The notes: generated by a model not told the origin, from the sequence alone. Positions 26,985 to 37,643 are shown, numbered from the stretch's first letter. The stretch is DNA of 64,000 nucleotides from an uncultured Candidatus Saccharibacteria bacterium (GCA_964552475.1 CAZKFZ010000005.1:6224-70223), one strand, 5' to 3'. Numbers and translations are program-made.

Positions 26985-27103
26985 GCATTCAACCGCTACT
27001 ACTTCTCCATTCGTTTTGTTAAAACAAAAGATATTTTTTCATTAACAAAACGATAAGAAAAACATGACAGATAAGACGAAAATTCAAACTTTAGTTTATC
27101 ATT

Positions 27104-27793
27104 TTAGGTTACTTTTTTCAATTGCTTAGCAGGCTTCAGTGCAGAGTGTGCGCGAATATTTTTGGGGTCGAGCTTAAGAATTTGTCTAAACAAGGCTTGG
27201 GCAGATTTTTCATCCTTCTCGTGTATGAAGGCCTCTGCTAAAAGTTGCATAATTTCTATATTATTTGGTTCAAGATTATGAGCTTTTTTAAGTGCCGATA
27301 GTTGCATATCAAATTTATTCATTATTCTATATATTCTAGCCAAGCTGACCAATCTGTTTACATGCATTTCCATACTCAACGACTTTTCTAATGCTGTGGC
27401 AGAACTTGGAAAGTCTCGGGTCTTAAAATACATCATTGCAAGGTTGTGGTAACTAGCAGCATTGGGATAGGTATCGGCAACAATTTTAAAACACTCAATA
27501 GCATCTTCGTTTTTGCCAAGCCCTGAGTAAACAAAACCCAGCCTGCTATAGGCTAGGCTATTTTTGTGATCAACGCGCAAAACTTTTAAATAGGCTTTTT
27601 CTGCTGCAAGATAATTTTTTTCCGCATAGTAGCGACCAGCAACATCAAGTAATGTGTCGAGGGCTTCATCTTGGCTGGGAAGATTAGTTGATAGGTTGTT
27701 TATTAAATAATCTGCAATAGTACTTCGCTTATTAATTATTGCCGAAACCACCACGCAAAACACAAAAATCATTAATAAATATTCAAAAGTCAT
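27104..27793 (-). CDS. Tetratricopeptide-repeat protein with N-terminal TM anchor
   Basis: Repeated AEKAYLKVLRVD...AYSRLGFVYS-type 34-residue repeats after one TM. Confidence 0.7.
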   Translation of the reverse strand: MTFEYLLMIFVFCVVVSAIINKRSTIADYLINNLSTNLPSQDEALDTLLDVAGRYYAEKNYLAAEKAYLKVLRVDHKNSLAYSRLGFVYSGLGKNEDAIECFKIVADTYPNAASYHNLAMMYFKTRDFPSSATALEKSLSMEMHVNRLVSLARIYRIMNKFDMQLSALKKAHNLEPNNIEIMQLLAEAFIHEKDEKSAQALFRQILKLDPKNIRAHSALKPAKQLKKVT

Positions 27794-27800
27794 ACCAGTT

Positions 27801-28664
27801 CTATTCCTGCACTACATTAAGCTGCAGCCCTAGATTCTCTAATACTGTCCTGTTATTAACATTAGATTGTAACTGCTCTACGGCTTTCATTATTATCTCC
27901 AGACTATTTACACCACCTAGTATAGTAGATTTATCTCTAATTTCATAGGTGAGCTCATCAAGAAAGTCTTTGGTAGAATCGTCGGTGTATATACTTTTGG
28001 CAATAAAAAATCGCTTAGTAATATCACCTTTTATGAAATCCTTGGCATTCTTATGAACTTTAAGTATAAGTTCTTTTTTTTCTAAATCTATTAACTCTAT
28101 TGCTCTTCCTAAAGAGCCATGGGCAAGTTTTATTAGGTTCTTGGCGTCTTCTTTACTAATATTTGCGTGCTTATTTAAGAATTCCGTTGCCATATCTATC
28201 GGTGTAGGTTCAAAAAAAACTAGTTGCGATCTTGAGCGTATGGTTGGTAATACCTGGGACAACATATTAGTAATAAGAAAAAAAACGGTATTCTTGGGAC
28301 ATTCTTCTAGGTTTTTTAGTAAGGCATTAGCGGCTTCTATTGTTAGTTTATTTGCGCCAACAATTATTATAACTTTGTATGCATTTTCTCCACTAGCTGT
28401 TCGCCACATGTTGTCATTTAATTCTCTTATTTGTGCAATAGTGATAGTATTTTTTTTAGGTAACGGCCTTATAACAAATAGGTTGGGGTGAGCAAAATTA
28501 TCTATGTTTATTATTTTTTCGTCACCAATTATTCTTGCTGCCAAGTCTAGAGAGGCAAGATATTTGCCCGATCCCTTAGATCCATGTAGTAGGTAAGCAT
28601 GTTGTGGGTCCGCTCCAATACTATTAAGATAATGGAGAGTTTTCTTGGTATATATAAATCTCAT
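27801..28664 (-). CDS. holB: DNA polymerase III delta-prime subunit
   Basis: Clamp-loader motifs GSKGSGKYLAS (degenerate P-loop), LLKNLEECPKNTVFFLIT (LLKtLEEPP box) and TIRSRSQ (SRC motif). Confidence 0.75.
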   Translation of the reverse strand: MRFIYTKKTLHYLNSIGADPQHAYLLHGSKGSGKYLASLDLAARIIGDEKIINIDNFAHPNLFVIRPLPKKNTITIAQIRELNDNMWRTASGENAYKVIIIVGANKLTIEAANALLKNLEECPKNTVFFLITNMLSQVLPTIRSRSQLVFFEPTPIDMATEFLNKHANISKEDAKNLIKLAHGSLGRAIELIDLEKKELILKVHKNAKDFIKGDITKRFFIAKSIYTDDSTKDFLDELTYEIRDKSTILGGVNSLEIIMKAVEQLQSNVNNRTVLENLGLQLNVVQE

Positions 28665-29554
28665 GACAGTTTAGTTAAAATATTTTTTAACTCAGTAGGT
28701 AGGCTAGCCCTAAAAACTTTTAGAGTTTTTGAGGGTAGTTCTAAACTTATTGAGCTAGCATGCAAAAATTGTCGAGTAAATAGACTATCAACTTTTTTGT
28801 TTCCGTATTGTTTGTCGCCTGCAACCGGGTGCCCAATATGTGCAAATTGTACCCTAATTTGGTGTGTACGACCAGTCAAGATTGAAACATCTAGTAAGCT
28901 ATAGCCGTTATATTCCTTAATAAGTTGGTACTCACTTATTGCAGACTTTCCAGAGCTGTGTATGCTCATCTTCTGAGGATTTTTTATACCACGTTTGATT
29001 GGTAACTCAAGTCTAGCACTATCACTATTGGGTCTCCCTACTACTAAAGCTGTATAATGTTTTTTAACTCTTCGCTGTTTAAAAGCTGACAATAAAAATT
29101 CCTTGGCGTGATCGTTTCTTGCCAAAATCATTACTCCAGAAGTGTCTTTATCTAAACGATGTACAATGCCTGGTCTTACTGGGTCATTGTCGTTAATTAA
29201 GTCTTTAAATGCTCCTGCAACTGATGACTGTGGATTATTTGCTGTAGTATAAACTACTAATCCAGCAGGCTTGTTTATAACTAACACATCTTCGTCTTTG
29301 TAAATAATTTTTGGCACTACATCGGGACTAATAAGTAAGCTTAGGGCGTTTATAGTTGGAAGTTCACCATATATTAAAGAGCCATTTTTTAATTTTTCCG
29401 ATGCCTTTACTACCCTTTCATCTACCTTTACGCTACCCGATTGTATTTGTTCTCTCCATCTAGCACGACTAAACTTAGGGTAAACTTCAGCCAATACAAA
29501 ATCTACTCGCTTACCCTCCTGCGCTTCTTGAGCAGTAAAAGAAAAATTTTTCAT
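28661..29554 (-). CDS. RluA-family (RluD-like) 23S rRNA pseudouridine synthase with N-terminal S4 domain
   Basis: Catalytic motif HRLDKDTSGVMILAR and an S4-like N-terminus; 297 aa. Confidence 0.85.
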   Translation of the reverse strand: MKNFSFTAQEAQEGKRVDFVLAEVYPKFSRARWREQIQSGSVKVDERVVKASEKLKNGSLIYGELPTINALSLLISPDVVPKIIYKDEDVLVINKPAGLVVYTTANNPQSSVAGAFKDLINDNDPVRPGIVHRLDKDTSGVMILARNDHAKEFLLSAFKQRRVKKHYTALVVGRPNSDSARLELPIKRGIKNPQKMSIHSSGKSAISEYQLIKEYNGYSLLDVSILTGRTHQIRVQFAHIGHPVAGDKQYGNKKVDSLFTRQFLHASSISLELPSKTLKVFRASLPTELKNILTKLS

Positions 29555-29563
29555 AAGAATATT

Positions 29564-30550
29564 TTATATATAGCGACCCAATTGATCTAACTGTTCGCGA
29601 GTACCCATCATTATTAGTCTATCACCAGCATAAAGTATTTCCTGACCACTTGGGTTAACCTTACTTGATCCCTCATGACTATTGAGTGCTAAAACGGTTG
29701 TGCCTGTATTACTAGCTTGCATGAAATGCCCAAGCCTAGTACCAACTAGCTTAGACCCTTTGGCAACAACCATCTCTTCTACTTGTAACTCCGCACTAGA
29801 CTTATTACTTAGTACCTCAAAAAAATCTAGCACTCCTGGTCTTATTAGCATTGTGGCCATATGGAAACCACCAATTTGATTAGGCATTGCCACCTTGTCG
29901 GCGCCAGCCTTCTCTATTCTATCAACATTCTCCTCTCTATTTGCTCTGGCTACAATATACAAAGATGGGTTGAGTTGTCTTGAAGTAAGTGTGATAAATA
30001 GGTTGCATGAGTCGTCACCAAGTGCAGCAACTATGCCGTGGGCTTTTTCTACTTTTGCTTTTTTTAAAACATCTTCTTTAGTGCTATCTCCAACAAATGC
30101 TGTGTAGCCCTTAGCGACGGCTTTTTTTACCGCCTCCTCGTCTCTGTCTATACCGACAAATTTTATATTCTCATTAGCTAACTCGTCGGCTATATGGCTA
30201 CCTACCCGACCTAGTCCGCAAACTACATAATGATCTTTAGTATTTACAAGTTTTGCTTTCACTTTATTGCGTTTTAATCCGTCTCCTAGATTCATCATAT
30301 AATCTGCGAGGATCTTTAGCAAATATGCAATCACTAATAAACTAGCTGCTATAAGAACTATGGTAGTAATTTTAGAACCCCACTGCTCAGCATGAAAATT
30401 ATCGTGATGAGTTAATGCTATATATATTGTTCTGTATAAACTTTCTTGAACGCTTATATGTTCAAAGTAGCCCAGTAGCGCACTAGAAATAGCTATAATT
30501 ATTACTGTAATAGCAGAAAGTTTTAGTAGTGTCTTAATTGTGGGTGACAT
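29564..30550 (-). CDS. Membrane protein with 2 N-terminal TM helices and tandem RCK (TrkA-N / TrkA-C) domains; no canonical K+ selectivity filter
   Basis: VVCGLGRVGSHIADEL Rossmann GxGxxG motif of TrkA-N, then a TrkA-C-like C-terminus. The N-terminal TM region lacks T[VI]GYG. Confidence 0.65.
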   Translation of the reverse strand: MSPTIKTLLKLSAITVIIIAISSALLGYFEHISVQESLYRTIYIALTHHDNFHAEQWGSKITTIVLIAASLLVIAYLLKILADYMMNLGDGLKRNKVKAKLVNTKDHYVVCGLGRVGSHIADELANENIKFVGIDRDEEAVKKAVAKGYTAFVGDSTKEDVLKKAKVEKAHGIVAALGDDSCNLFITLTSRQLNPSLYIVARANREENVDRIEKAGADKVAMPNQIGGFHMATMLIRPGVLDFFEVLSNKSSAELQVEEMVVAKGSKLVGTRLGHFMQASNTGTTVLALNSHEGSSKVNPSGQEILYAGDRLIMMGTREQLDQLGRYI

Positions 30551-30633
30551 AAGTACTATTATAGTGTGAATTTAGTGTACAGGCTAGCAGAGAATTAGTT
30601 TAGATACAAAAATGAGTAGTTTTATAATACATA

Positions 30634-30663
30634 AAACAAGACCTTTTGAATATGGTCTTGTTT
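30634..30663. terminator. Intrinsic terminator 3' of rpsI (end of the ribosomal mega-cluster)
   Basis: aaacaagacc ttttgaatat ggtcttgttt: 10-bp perfect stem, 6 nt after the rpsI stop. Confidence 0.6.
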
Positions 30664-30668
30664 GATGA

Positions 30669-31091
30669 TTATCGCTTAGAGAACTGTGGTGCTTTACGAG
30701 CTTTCTTAAGTCCGGGCTTTTTACGCTCTTTAACGCGAGCATCTCTGGTAAGATAGCCTTCTCGGCGCAAACTCACCTTAAAATCTTCGCTCATACCTAA
30801 TAGAGCGCGGGCTATACCTAATCTAATAGCTTCGGCTTGTCCCTTCAAACCACCTCCAGAGACTCGAGCATTAATATCTACAGTCTTGTCTTTTGCTAAC
30901 AGCACAAGCGGAGATCTCAGTAGTTCGTCATAGGTATCGGTACCAAAGTATTCTTGTGGTGTTTTATCGTTAACTGTAATAACGCCTTTGCCAATAGTTA
31001 GCCTGATAGTTGCAATGGAACGTTTACGACGTCCTACTCCAGGATAATACTGCTGCTTTTTTGCGGGTGACTTGGTTGTACTTTCGGCCAC
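30669..31091 (-). CDS. rpsI: 30S ribosomal protein S9
   Basis: GGGLKGQAEAIRLGIARALL and C-terminal KKARKAPQFSKR. Confidence 0.93.
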   Translation of the reverse strand: MAESTTKSPAKKQQYYPGVGRRKRSIATIRLTIGKGVITVNDKTPQEYFGTDTYDELLRSPLVLLAKDKTVDINARVSGGGLKGQAEAIRLGIARALLGMSEDFKVSLRREGYLTRDARVKERKKPGLKKARKAPQFSKR

Positions 31092-31528
31092 TATTTTTTC
31101 TCCGTTTCAATTAATGTAGGGTTTTGAGAGGCATGAGGATGTTCGGCGGTAGCATAAACTTTAAGGTTTTTAAGCATTTGTGCCTGCAATTTATTCTTGG
31201 GCAACATACCTGCAACAGCGTGCTCAATAACAGTATTAGGTTCTTTTACCAACTGGTCACGCAAGCTTATTTCACGTATACCACCTGGATATCCTGTGTG
31301 ATGATAGTATATTTTATCAGTTAATTTTTGACCAGTTACTTCTATCTTGGATGAATTAATCACAATCACTACATCGCCACCCACAACGTGGGGGGTATAG
31401 CTTGGTTTGTTTTTACCCATTAGTAATCTTGCAATTTGAGTAGCTACCCTACCTAAAGTTTGGCCCTTAGCATCAATAATATACCAATCTTGAGTAGCCT
31501 CAGCGGTTTTTAGACTATATGTTTTCAT
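31091..31528 (-). CDS. rplM: 50S ribosomal protein L13
   Basis: WYIIDAKGQTLGRVATQIARLLMGK. Confidence 0.93.
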   Translation of the reverse strand: MKTYSLKTAEATQDWYIIDAKGQTLGRVATQIARLLMGKNKPSYTPHVVGGDVVIVINSSKIEVTGQKLTDKIYYHHTGYPGGIREISLRDQLVKEPNTVIEHAVAGMLPKNKLQAQMLKNLKVYATAEHPHASQNPTLIETEKK

Positions 31529-32067
31529 TTTGCCACCCTTCTAGCCGACTTTGGCTTTTGTGCGGTGGAGTTTTTAACTCCGGTAATCTTGGTTTTTACG
31601 ATATCTCCCTTTTTTGCAGATTTATTAACTTTTGATTCATCCGTAGATTTAGTAGATTTTTCTGGTTTTTTTGAATCTTTTGATTTTGTTTGTTCAGAAG
31701 TATAGTTTTCATCTAGCACTAGTTCAATAACTGCCATAGCTGCGCCATCACCCAGTCTATTGCCGGTCTTAATAATTCGAGTATAGCCTCCTTGTCGAGA
31801 CGAGAAGCCATTTACTAGATCGTAATTGAGTTTCTGGGCGGCAACAGGATTAATGGTTTCGGCAAGGATCATTCTATATGCGGGAAGGGTTTGTTTTTTT
31901 GCCAAAGTAACTTGACGTTCAAAATATGGAGCAAGTTCTTTAGCTTTGGCTTGAGTAGTCTCGAGTCTCTCATACAGAATTAAACTGTCAAGAAGGCCAC
32001 GCAAAAGAGCCCGGCGTGGGCCGGCTGCGCGAGAAAGTTTTCGTCCTGCGTATGCGTGGCGATGCAT
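31525..32067 (-). CDS. rplQ: 50S ribosomal protein L17 with ~60-aa Lys/Ser-rich C-terminal extension
   Basis: N-terminal 120 aa are L17-like (RKLSRAAGPRRALLRGL...GGYTRIIKTGNRLGDGA); followed by a tail rich in K/S/T. Confidence 0.9.
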   Translation of the reverse strand: MHRHAYAGRKLSRAAGPRRALLRGLLDSLILYERLETTQAKAKELAPYFERQVTLAKKQTLPAYRMILAETINPVAAQKLNYDLVNGFSSRQGGYTRIIKTGNRLGDGAAMAVIELVLDENYTSEQTKSKDSKKPEKSTKSTDESKVNKSAKKGDIVKTKITGVKNSTAQKPKSARRVAK

Positions 32068-32073
32068 TTTATT

Positions 32074-33024
32074 CTACTCCGTTTCCTTTACGACGTTGTT
32101 CACACCTAGCTCTTCTAGTTTCTCAACTACCTCTTCGTAGGCCTTTTGTCCAAAACCTTTTAGCTCTTTTAGATCACTAGCCTTGAGTTCCATTATTTCT
32201 TTTATAGTTTTAATATCATTATTCATTAATGCATTGGTTGTGCGTGGGCTAAAATTGACTTCATCTATAGATATTTGCGCCATGTCAGCTTCTTGTTTTT
32301 CTGCAGCCGTCACAATACCACCCGTTCCAACACTCACAACATCATGACCAGCTAATACCTGGAAGTGACCTACTAGAATCTCGGCAGCTTGTGCTACAGC
32401 CTCTGAAGGGGCCATAGTGCCGTCTGTTTCTACATCTAAAATTAATTTGTCAAAGTTGGTCATTTGTCCTACGCGAGTGTTTTCTATATTGTATCTCACC
32501 CTTTTTATTGGTGTATATATGGCATCTACAGCTATCATACCCACTGGTAGCTTTTCGCTAGCCCGACTTTCTACTGCAACGTATCCTCTGCCTTTTTCTA
32601 TCTGTAGTTCCATCTCTAACTTACTCTTGCTATTATCTAGGTTGGCAATTACTTGATCTGGATTGGCAACTTCTACTCCAGATACCGTCTTAATATCAGC
32701 AGCAGTAACCTCGCCTTTTCCAGTTTTTTTGAGACTCACTATAACTTTGTCTTCATTAACATTAGCAAATCTAACCTGTTTAAGGTTTAAAATAATTTCT
32801 ATAACATCTTCGCGCACTCCAGCAACAGCGGTAAATTCGTGATTAGCTCCTTCTATTTTTACTCCAGTAATGGCGCTGCCGGCTAAGCTAGAAAGTAAAA
32901 CACGGCGCATTGAGTTGCCAAGAGTCATACCGTAGCCAGGGTAAAGTGGCTCAACTTCAAAGGTTGAGTTGTTTTGGCTGGTACTTACTTCTTTTATTTC
33001 TGGTAGATTGATATCGTATAACAC
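32074..33024 (-). CDS. rpoA: DNA-directed RNA polymerase alpha subunit
   Basis: 316 aa with an alpha-NTD (PLYPGYGMTLGNSMRRVLLSS) and an alpha-CTD (helix-hairpin-helix) at the C-terminus; conserved position. Confidence 0.93.
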   Translation of the reverse strand: MLYDINLPEIKEVSTSQNNSTFEVEPLYPGYGMTLGNSMRRVLLSSLAGSAITGVKIEGANHEFTAVAGVREDVIEIILNLKQVRFANVNEDKVIVSLKKTGKGEVTAADIKTVSGVEVANPDQVIANLDNSKSKLEMELQIEKGRGYVAVESRASEKLPVGMIAVDAIYTPIKRVRYNIENTRVGQMTNFDKLILDVETDGTMAPSEAVAQAAEILVGHFQVLAGHDVVSVGTGGIVTAAEKQEADMAQISIDEVNFSPRTTNALMNNDIKTIKEIMELKASDLKELKGFGQKAYEEVVEKLEELGVNNVVKETE

Positions 33025-33054
33025 TTGGTATCTCCTTATAAAGATATTAATTAA

Positions 33055-33669
33055 TTAACGTGAATAATACTCAATGATAAGCTGTTCTTCTATAACTTCT
33101 GGTATTTCTTCTCTTAGTGGCACTCCTGTAACAGTAGCGGTCATTTTCTTGGTGTCAAAACTCAACCAACTTGTTGAATTACTGTTTGCGTTCAGGCTTT
33201 CTGAGATAGATTTGAAATATTCATTTTTTAAGCTGGCTGCTCTTACAGATATAACATCTTTTGGGTTAACTTGAATTGAAGGAATATCGACTTTTTTGCC
33301 ATTTAGAGTGATGTGGGCGTGAGTAACTAGCTGTCTAGCTGATTGACGGGATGGAGCGAGTCCTACGCGATAAACTACATTATCTAGTCTTTGTTCTAGC
33401 AATACTAATAGATTCTCGCCACTCACTCCGGGCATTCTCTCAGCGGAATGAACATAATTTCTAAATTGACGCTCCAATATACCATAGGTTCTTTTTACTT
33501 TTTGTTTCTCACGTAGCTGTAATGAATAATCACTTGGTTTACTACGCCTACTTTGGCCGTGTTGACCAGGTCCATAACTTCGCTTAGTCATAACCTTCAC
33601 GGCCTTTGGGTGTAATTCTATACCTTCTCGACGTGATAATTTAACAATAGGGGTAAGATTTCGTGCCAT
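33055..33669 (-). CDS. rpsD: 30S ribosomal protein S4
   Basis: MARNLTPIVKLSRREG... and S4-domain VVYRVGLAPSRQSARQLVTHAHITLNGKKVDIPS. Confidence 0.93.
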   Translation of the reverse strand: MARNLTPIVKLSRREGIELHPKAVKVMTKRSYGPGQHGQSRRSKPSDYSLQLREKQKVKRTYGILERQFRNYVHSAERMPGVSGENLLVLLEQRLDNVVYRVGLAPSRQSARQLVTHAHITLNGKKVDIPSIQVNPKDVISVRAASLKNEYFKSISESLNANSNSTSWLSFDTKKMTATVTGVPLREEIPEVIEEQLIIEYYSR

Positions 33670-33671
33670 CG

Positions 33672-34064
33672 CTAAACCCTACGTGCCTTTCTAGGTCGAC
33701 AACCATTATGTGGAATACCGGTAACATCTTTTATGCCCACAATAGTAATACCTGAGGCCATTAGTGCTCTTACTGCCGATTCTCTACCAGATCCAATCCC
33801 TTTAATAATCACATTAACTTTGGCTAGACCAAACTCTTTGGCTTTTTCAATAGCTTTTTCGGCGGCAATTTGTGCAGCGTAAGGTGTACTCTTACGACTA
33901 CCTTTAAACCCAGCTGAGCCAGATGATTTCCAGGCAACTACGTTACCGCCGTCGTCGGTAATACTCACGATAGTGTTATTGAAAGTCGCTTGTACATGAA
34001 CAGTACCTTTAGGTAGGTTGCGCTTCGTCTTTTTTCGTCTGGTTTTTTTCTTTAATTCTGCCAT
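33672..34064 (-). CDS. rpsK: 30S ribosomal protein S11
   Basis: [18 protein letters not shown]...[11 protein letters not shown]. Confidence 0.93.
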   Translation of the reverse strand: MAELKKKTRRKKTKRNLPKGTVHVQATFNNTIVSITDDGGNVVAWKSSGSAGFKGSRKSTPYAAQIAAEKAIEKAKEFGLAKVNVIIKGIGSGRESAVRALMASGITIVGIKDVTGIPHNGCRPRKARRV

Positions 34065-34089
34065 ATTATTCTCTATATTGGGTTAAATT

Positions 34090-34476
34090 TTAAGTTTTTG
34101 CAGCAGCCTTTTTGCGTCCTGAGCCAACCGTTACCTTCTTGCCACGCTTGGTTCGGGCATTTGTTTTGGTTCTTTGTCCGCGAACCGGTAAACTAGCACT
34201 ATGTCTTAGCCCACGGTAGGCTTTAATATCTTTAAGTCGTTTAATATTACCGCTCACTTCTCTTGCTAGGTCAGCTTCAACTTTTAAGTTTTTGTCTATG
34301 TACTCCCTAATGCTTGATAAGTCTTTTTCATTCAGTTCTTTCACTCTGGTGTTAGGGTCTATCTTAACACTGCTGAGCAATGCGCGAGAAGCAGACAAAC
34401 CAATACCGTAAATATAAGTCAGTGCAACCTCTACTCTTTTCTCATTAGGTATATTTGTGCCAGCTATTCTAGCCAC
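34090..34476 (-). CDS. rpsM: 30S ribosomal protein S13
   Basis: [26 protein letters not shown]. Confidence 0.93.
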   Translation of the reverse strand: MARIAGTNIPNEKRVEVALTYIYGIGLSASRALLSSVKIDPNTRVKELNEKDLSSIREYIDKNLKVEADLAREVSGNIKRLKDIKAYRGLRHSASLPVRGQRTKTNARTKRGKKVTVGSGRKKAAAKT

Positions 34477-34478
34477 CG

Positions 34479-34592
34479 CTAACCTTGCCTCTGTTTATGT
34501 TTAGGATTTTCACAAATAACCGACACTCTACCACGTCGTTTAACGATCTTGCATTTCACACACATTTTTTTTACTCCTGCTCGTACTTTCAT
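34479..34592 (-). CDS. rpmJ: 50S ribosomal protein L36 (not listed in the ORF track; 37 aa)
   Basis: Manual translation of the minus strand gives [37 protein letters not shown]. Its stop lies 3 nt before the rpsM start. Confidence 0.85.
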   Translation of the reverse strand: MKVRAGVKKMCVKCKIVKRRGRVSVICENPKHKQRQG

Positions 34593-34610
34593 TTGTATGA
34601 ATCCTTTAAT

Positions 34611-34832
34611 TTATCTATGCCGATATGTTATGCGACCTTTATCTAGGTCGTAGGGGGTCATTTCGATGGTAACTTTATCTCCAGGTAAAATCTTGATGTA
34701 GTGCATACGCATTTTACCAGATATATGCGCCAATATTTCGTGGCCGTTCTCTAGCTGCACTCTAAAATTAGCATTCGGCAATGCCTCTAGTATAGTGCCT
34801 TCAACTTCAATTACTTCCTTTGTTTGTGTCAT
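34611..34832 (-). CDS. infA: Translation initiation factor IF-1
   Basis: S1-like 73-aa protein: [43 protein letters not shown]. Confidence 0.9.
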   Translation of the reverse strand: MTQTKEVIEVEGTILEALPNANFRVQLENGHEILAHISGKMRMHYIKILPGDKVTIEMTPYDLDKGRITYRHR

Positions 34833-34919
34833 GAGAAAAATCGTATCAGGTTAGTATTATAGACGTTACAGGTTGAAATGTAAAGACCTTTTTTCATCTT
34901 TTTTAGTAAAACCTTCAAC

Positions 34920-36236
34920 TTAATATTGCTCGTAGGTAGCCATTAATGCTCTAGATTCTATTTGTTTAATCGTCTCTATAATAACAGCCACAATAATAAG
35001 TAGTCCGGTACCACCAATACTTAAGAAATTGGATGTTTTAAAGATACTTTCTACGATAAACGGAAAAACTGCCAATAGTCCAAGAGCAAGGGCACCAAAT
35101 AAAGTCAGTCGATTAATAATTTTCTTCAAATACTTACTAGTCTCTACACCTGGTCTAACCCCAGGAATAAAACCACCTTGTTTTTGGAGATTTTCGGCAA
35201 TTTCGTTAGGTTTAAATACAATCGCTGTATAAAAATAAGTAAAGGCCACAACCAATACGAAATATGTAATCGTATATACTGGTTTATTAGGCTGAAAAGC
35301 AGTTTGCATCCACTGGGCCATATGCGCAAGCCAAGCCGATTTAGCATTCGAGAAAAGTTGTCCTATAAAACCTGGAATTGAAAGGAAGGCAAGGGCAAAT
35401 ATAATTGGTATTACCCCCGCCGTGATGAGTCGAATAGGTAAATGCGTATCTACCCCGCCATAGCGTGAATCCCCAGCAATACGCCTGGCGTAAGATATGG
35501 GGATGTTGCGTTGACCTTCATTGAGTAAAACTACAAACAATACCACCGCAACGATTATTACCGCAAAAAATATTAATGTAAAAATTTTAGCACTGTCTGC
35601 CTGTGCCAAACTAAATTGTTGGGCTAATTGAGTAGGTAGATGTGAGACTATGCCGGCTAGAATAAGAATAGATATACCGTTTCCAATACCACGGTCAGTA
35701 ATAATCTCACCAAGCCACATTAGAAGCATTGATCCCCCAGTAATTGCTGCGATCATTAACACCCACTGCGCAATAGTTGGTTGACCAATCAAATCAACGC
35801 CAGCAATCTGTTGAGACAAAGTTCGGGTTAGGGTGATCATAGCAACAGATTGTATTATTGCGAGAGGTAGAGTTAGGAGCCTAGTGTAATAATTAAGCTT
35901 ATTCCTGCCAGCCTCACCTTCTTTTTGTAAAGCTTCTAGCTGTGGTACCACCTGGCTAAGTAGCTGAATAATAATTGAGGCATTAATATATGGGCCAAGC
36001 CCCATTAGTAATATAGAAAAATTACTAAGTGCACCGCCCGTAAATAGATTGGCAAAACCTAATAATGGGTTACTCTGAAAAAGTCTCAATAAAAAACTTT
36101 GGAGCTTAGCAGTATCGGGTACAGGCACTGGAACATGGGAAAGCAGACTATAAACAGCCAAAATCGCCAATACAATAATGATCCGCCTGCGCAAATCTTT
36201 ATTTTTATACATCTGCCTAAACAGTGCGCTATTCAC
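34920..36236 (-). CDS. secY: Preprotein translocase subunit SecY
   Basis: 438 aa, 10 TM, conserved GGTGLLI and GIFLG-type segments; conserved position after rplO. Confidence 0.93.
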   Translation of the reverse strand: MNSALFRQMYKNKDLRRRIIIVLAILAVYSLLSHVPVPVPDTAKLQSFLLRLFQSNPLLGFANLFTGGALSNFSILLMGLGPYINASIIIQLLSQVVPQLEALQKEGEAGRNKLNYYTRLLTLPLAIIQSVAMITLTRTLSQQIAGVDLIGQPTIAQWVLMIAAITGGSMLLMWLGEIITDRGIGNGISILILAGIVSHLPTQLAQQFSLAQADSAKIFTLIFFAVIIVAVVLFVVLLNEGQRNIPISYARRIAGDSRYGGVDTHLPIRLITAGVIPIIFALAFLSIPGFIGQLFSNAKSAWLAHMAQWMQTAFQPNKPVYTITYFVLVVAFTYFYTAIVFKPNEIAENLQKQGGFIPGVRPGVETSKYLKKIINRLTLFGALALGLLAVFPFIVESIFKTSNFLSIGGTGLLIIVAVIIETIKQIESRALMATYEQY

Positions 36237-36249
36237 CCGTCAACCCTCC

Positions 36250-36780
36250 TTATTTTTTAACTTTATTAGATTTTTCTTTGGGCTTGTTTATATTTTTATC
36301 AGTAGTTTCGGGATTAGGCTGGTGACTAGGCTTGTTTGGTCTACTATCTAGTAAAATAACCTCGCCGCCAGCATCCTGCACGAGTTTAAGAGCGCTCTTG
36401 CTAGATGCATCAATAGTAAGTTTGATTTTTTTGGTTATCTTACCCGAGCCAAGCAGTAGTTTTGCCGGTAACTTCGAATTGATTAGACCAGCTTTTTGTA
36501 GGGTGTCTTTGTCTATACTAGCAGATCCAATTTTTTCTAGCTGGTCTAGTGTAACAACTTGGTAGGTGGTGTGGTTTCTAGCTTTAAAACCACGGTTTTT
36601 TGGCAAACGCATACTTAGCTTGGTTTGGCCGCCTTCAAAGCCAATTTTTACTCCACCGCCGGTACGTGAGTTCTGTCCTTTTGTGCCTCTACCAGAAGTC
36701 TTTCCGCTACCACTACCTATACCGCGACCTAATCTTTTGGTGTCGGGATATTTAACTGCTTTTATCTCATGAAGCTTCAT
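36250..36780 (-). CDS. rplO: 50S ribosomal protein L15 with Lys-rich C-terminal tail
   Basis: MKLHEIKAV...GRGIGSGSGKTSGRG. Confidence 0.9.
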   Translation of the reverse strand: MKLHEIKAVKYPDTKRLGRGIGSGSGKTSGRGTKGQNSRTGGGVKIGFEGGQTKLSMRLPKNRGFKARNHTTYQVVTLDQLEKIGSASIDKDTLQKAGLINSKLPAKLLLGSGKITKKIKLTIDASSKSALKLVQDAGGEVILLDSRPNKPSHQPNPETTDKNINKPKEKSNKVKK

Positions 36781-37271
36781 TATTTTTTCACCTCTTTAGC
36801 GGTCTTGCCTATCTTAGCACTGTCGGCCTGAAGAGATTGAAGTGCCATAATAGTTGCATAGGCATTGTTTATCTTATTACTAGAACCAAGCGACTTAGTT
36901 AGAATATCTTTTACGCCTGCTACCTCTAGTATAGAGCGTACTGTACCGCCAGCTATCACACCAGTACCGGGAGCTGCTGGCTTTAAAAATACCACTGCGC
37001 CATCAGACCGTACCTGAACTTGGTGTGGAATAGTATTATTTACTAGAGGGAAGGAAATTAGAGCTTTTTTGGCGGTCGCAACTGCTTTTACTATTGAGGT
37101 TGGGGCATCTCCGCCTTTTCCTACGCCAACACCTACACTACCCTTACCGTTACCTACAACCACTGTTGCGCGAAAACGAAATCGGCGTCCACCCTTAACA
37201 ACTCTAGTTACTCTATCTAAAGCAATAATCTTTTCTTCATATTCACTTGGTGTATCTTGAAAATCTCTCAT
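36780..37271 (-). CDS. rpsE: 30S ribosomal protein S5. It directly abuts rplO, so no L30 gene lies between them
   Basis: [31 protein letters not shown]. Confidence 0.93.
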   Translation of the reverse strand: MRDFQDTPSEYEEKIIALDRVTRVVKGGRRFRFRATVVVGNGKGSVGVGVGKGGDAPTSIVKAVATAKKALISFPLVNNTIPHQVQVRSDGAVVFLKPAAPGTGVIAGGTVRSILEVAGVKDILTKSLGSSNKINNAYATIMALQSLQADSAKIGKTAKEVKK

Positions 37272-37281
37272 ATTTATTCCT

Positions 37282-37638
37282 TTAAAATTTTAACCCACCT
37301 TTGCGTGCAGCCTCAGCAAGCTTCTTTACTCGCCCATGATAAGTTCGCCAACCCCGGTCAAAAACTACCGAGCTTACTTTTTTACTATTGGCCTGTTTGG
37401 CTAGCTCTGTACCTACCCACCCAGCTTTATCTGACATAGATTTTTTAGCAATAGTCTTATTGCCTACGGTTGAAACATACAACAAACTCTTGCTAGATTC
37501 ATCATCGATAAGTTGGGCGGTGACATTAATGTTTGTTATGCTTACACTTAATCGTGGTCGCAAAGCAGTGCCACTTATTCTTGATCTTACACGATTTTTA
37601 GTTAATTTTCTTCTGTTAGATAATATTGATTTCTTCAT
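37282..37638 (-). CDS. rplR: 50S ribosomal protein L18
   Basis: RPRLSVSITNINVTAQLIDD... C-terminal YHGRVKKLAEAARKGGLKF. Confidence 0.93.
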   Translation of the reverse strand: MKKSILSNRRKLTKNRVRSRISGTALRPRLSVSITNINVTAQLIDDESSKSLLYVSTVGNKTIAKKSMSDKAGWVGTELAKQANSKKVSSVVFDRGWRTYHGRVKKLAEAARKGGLKF

Positions 37639-37643
37639 AATGT

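Noticed and set aside
26590-27056. ORF-track ORFs 26590-26892 (-) and 26850-27056 (+), each ~70-100 aa
   Set aside because: They lie entirely over the tRNA-Tyr/Thr/Thr genes. Their GC-rich, low-complexity translations are what one expects from reading through tRNA stems.
29564-30550. Calling the RCK-domain protein a K+ channel
   Set aside because: The two N-terminal TM helices are not separated by a T[VI]GYG-type filter. Only the RCK/TrkA domains are supported.
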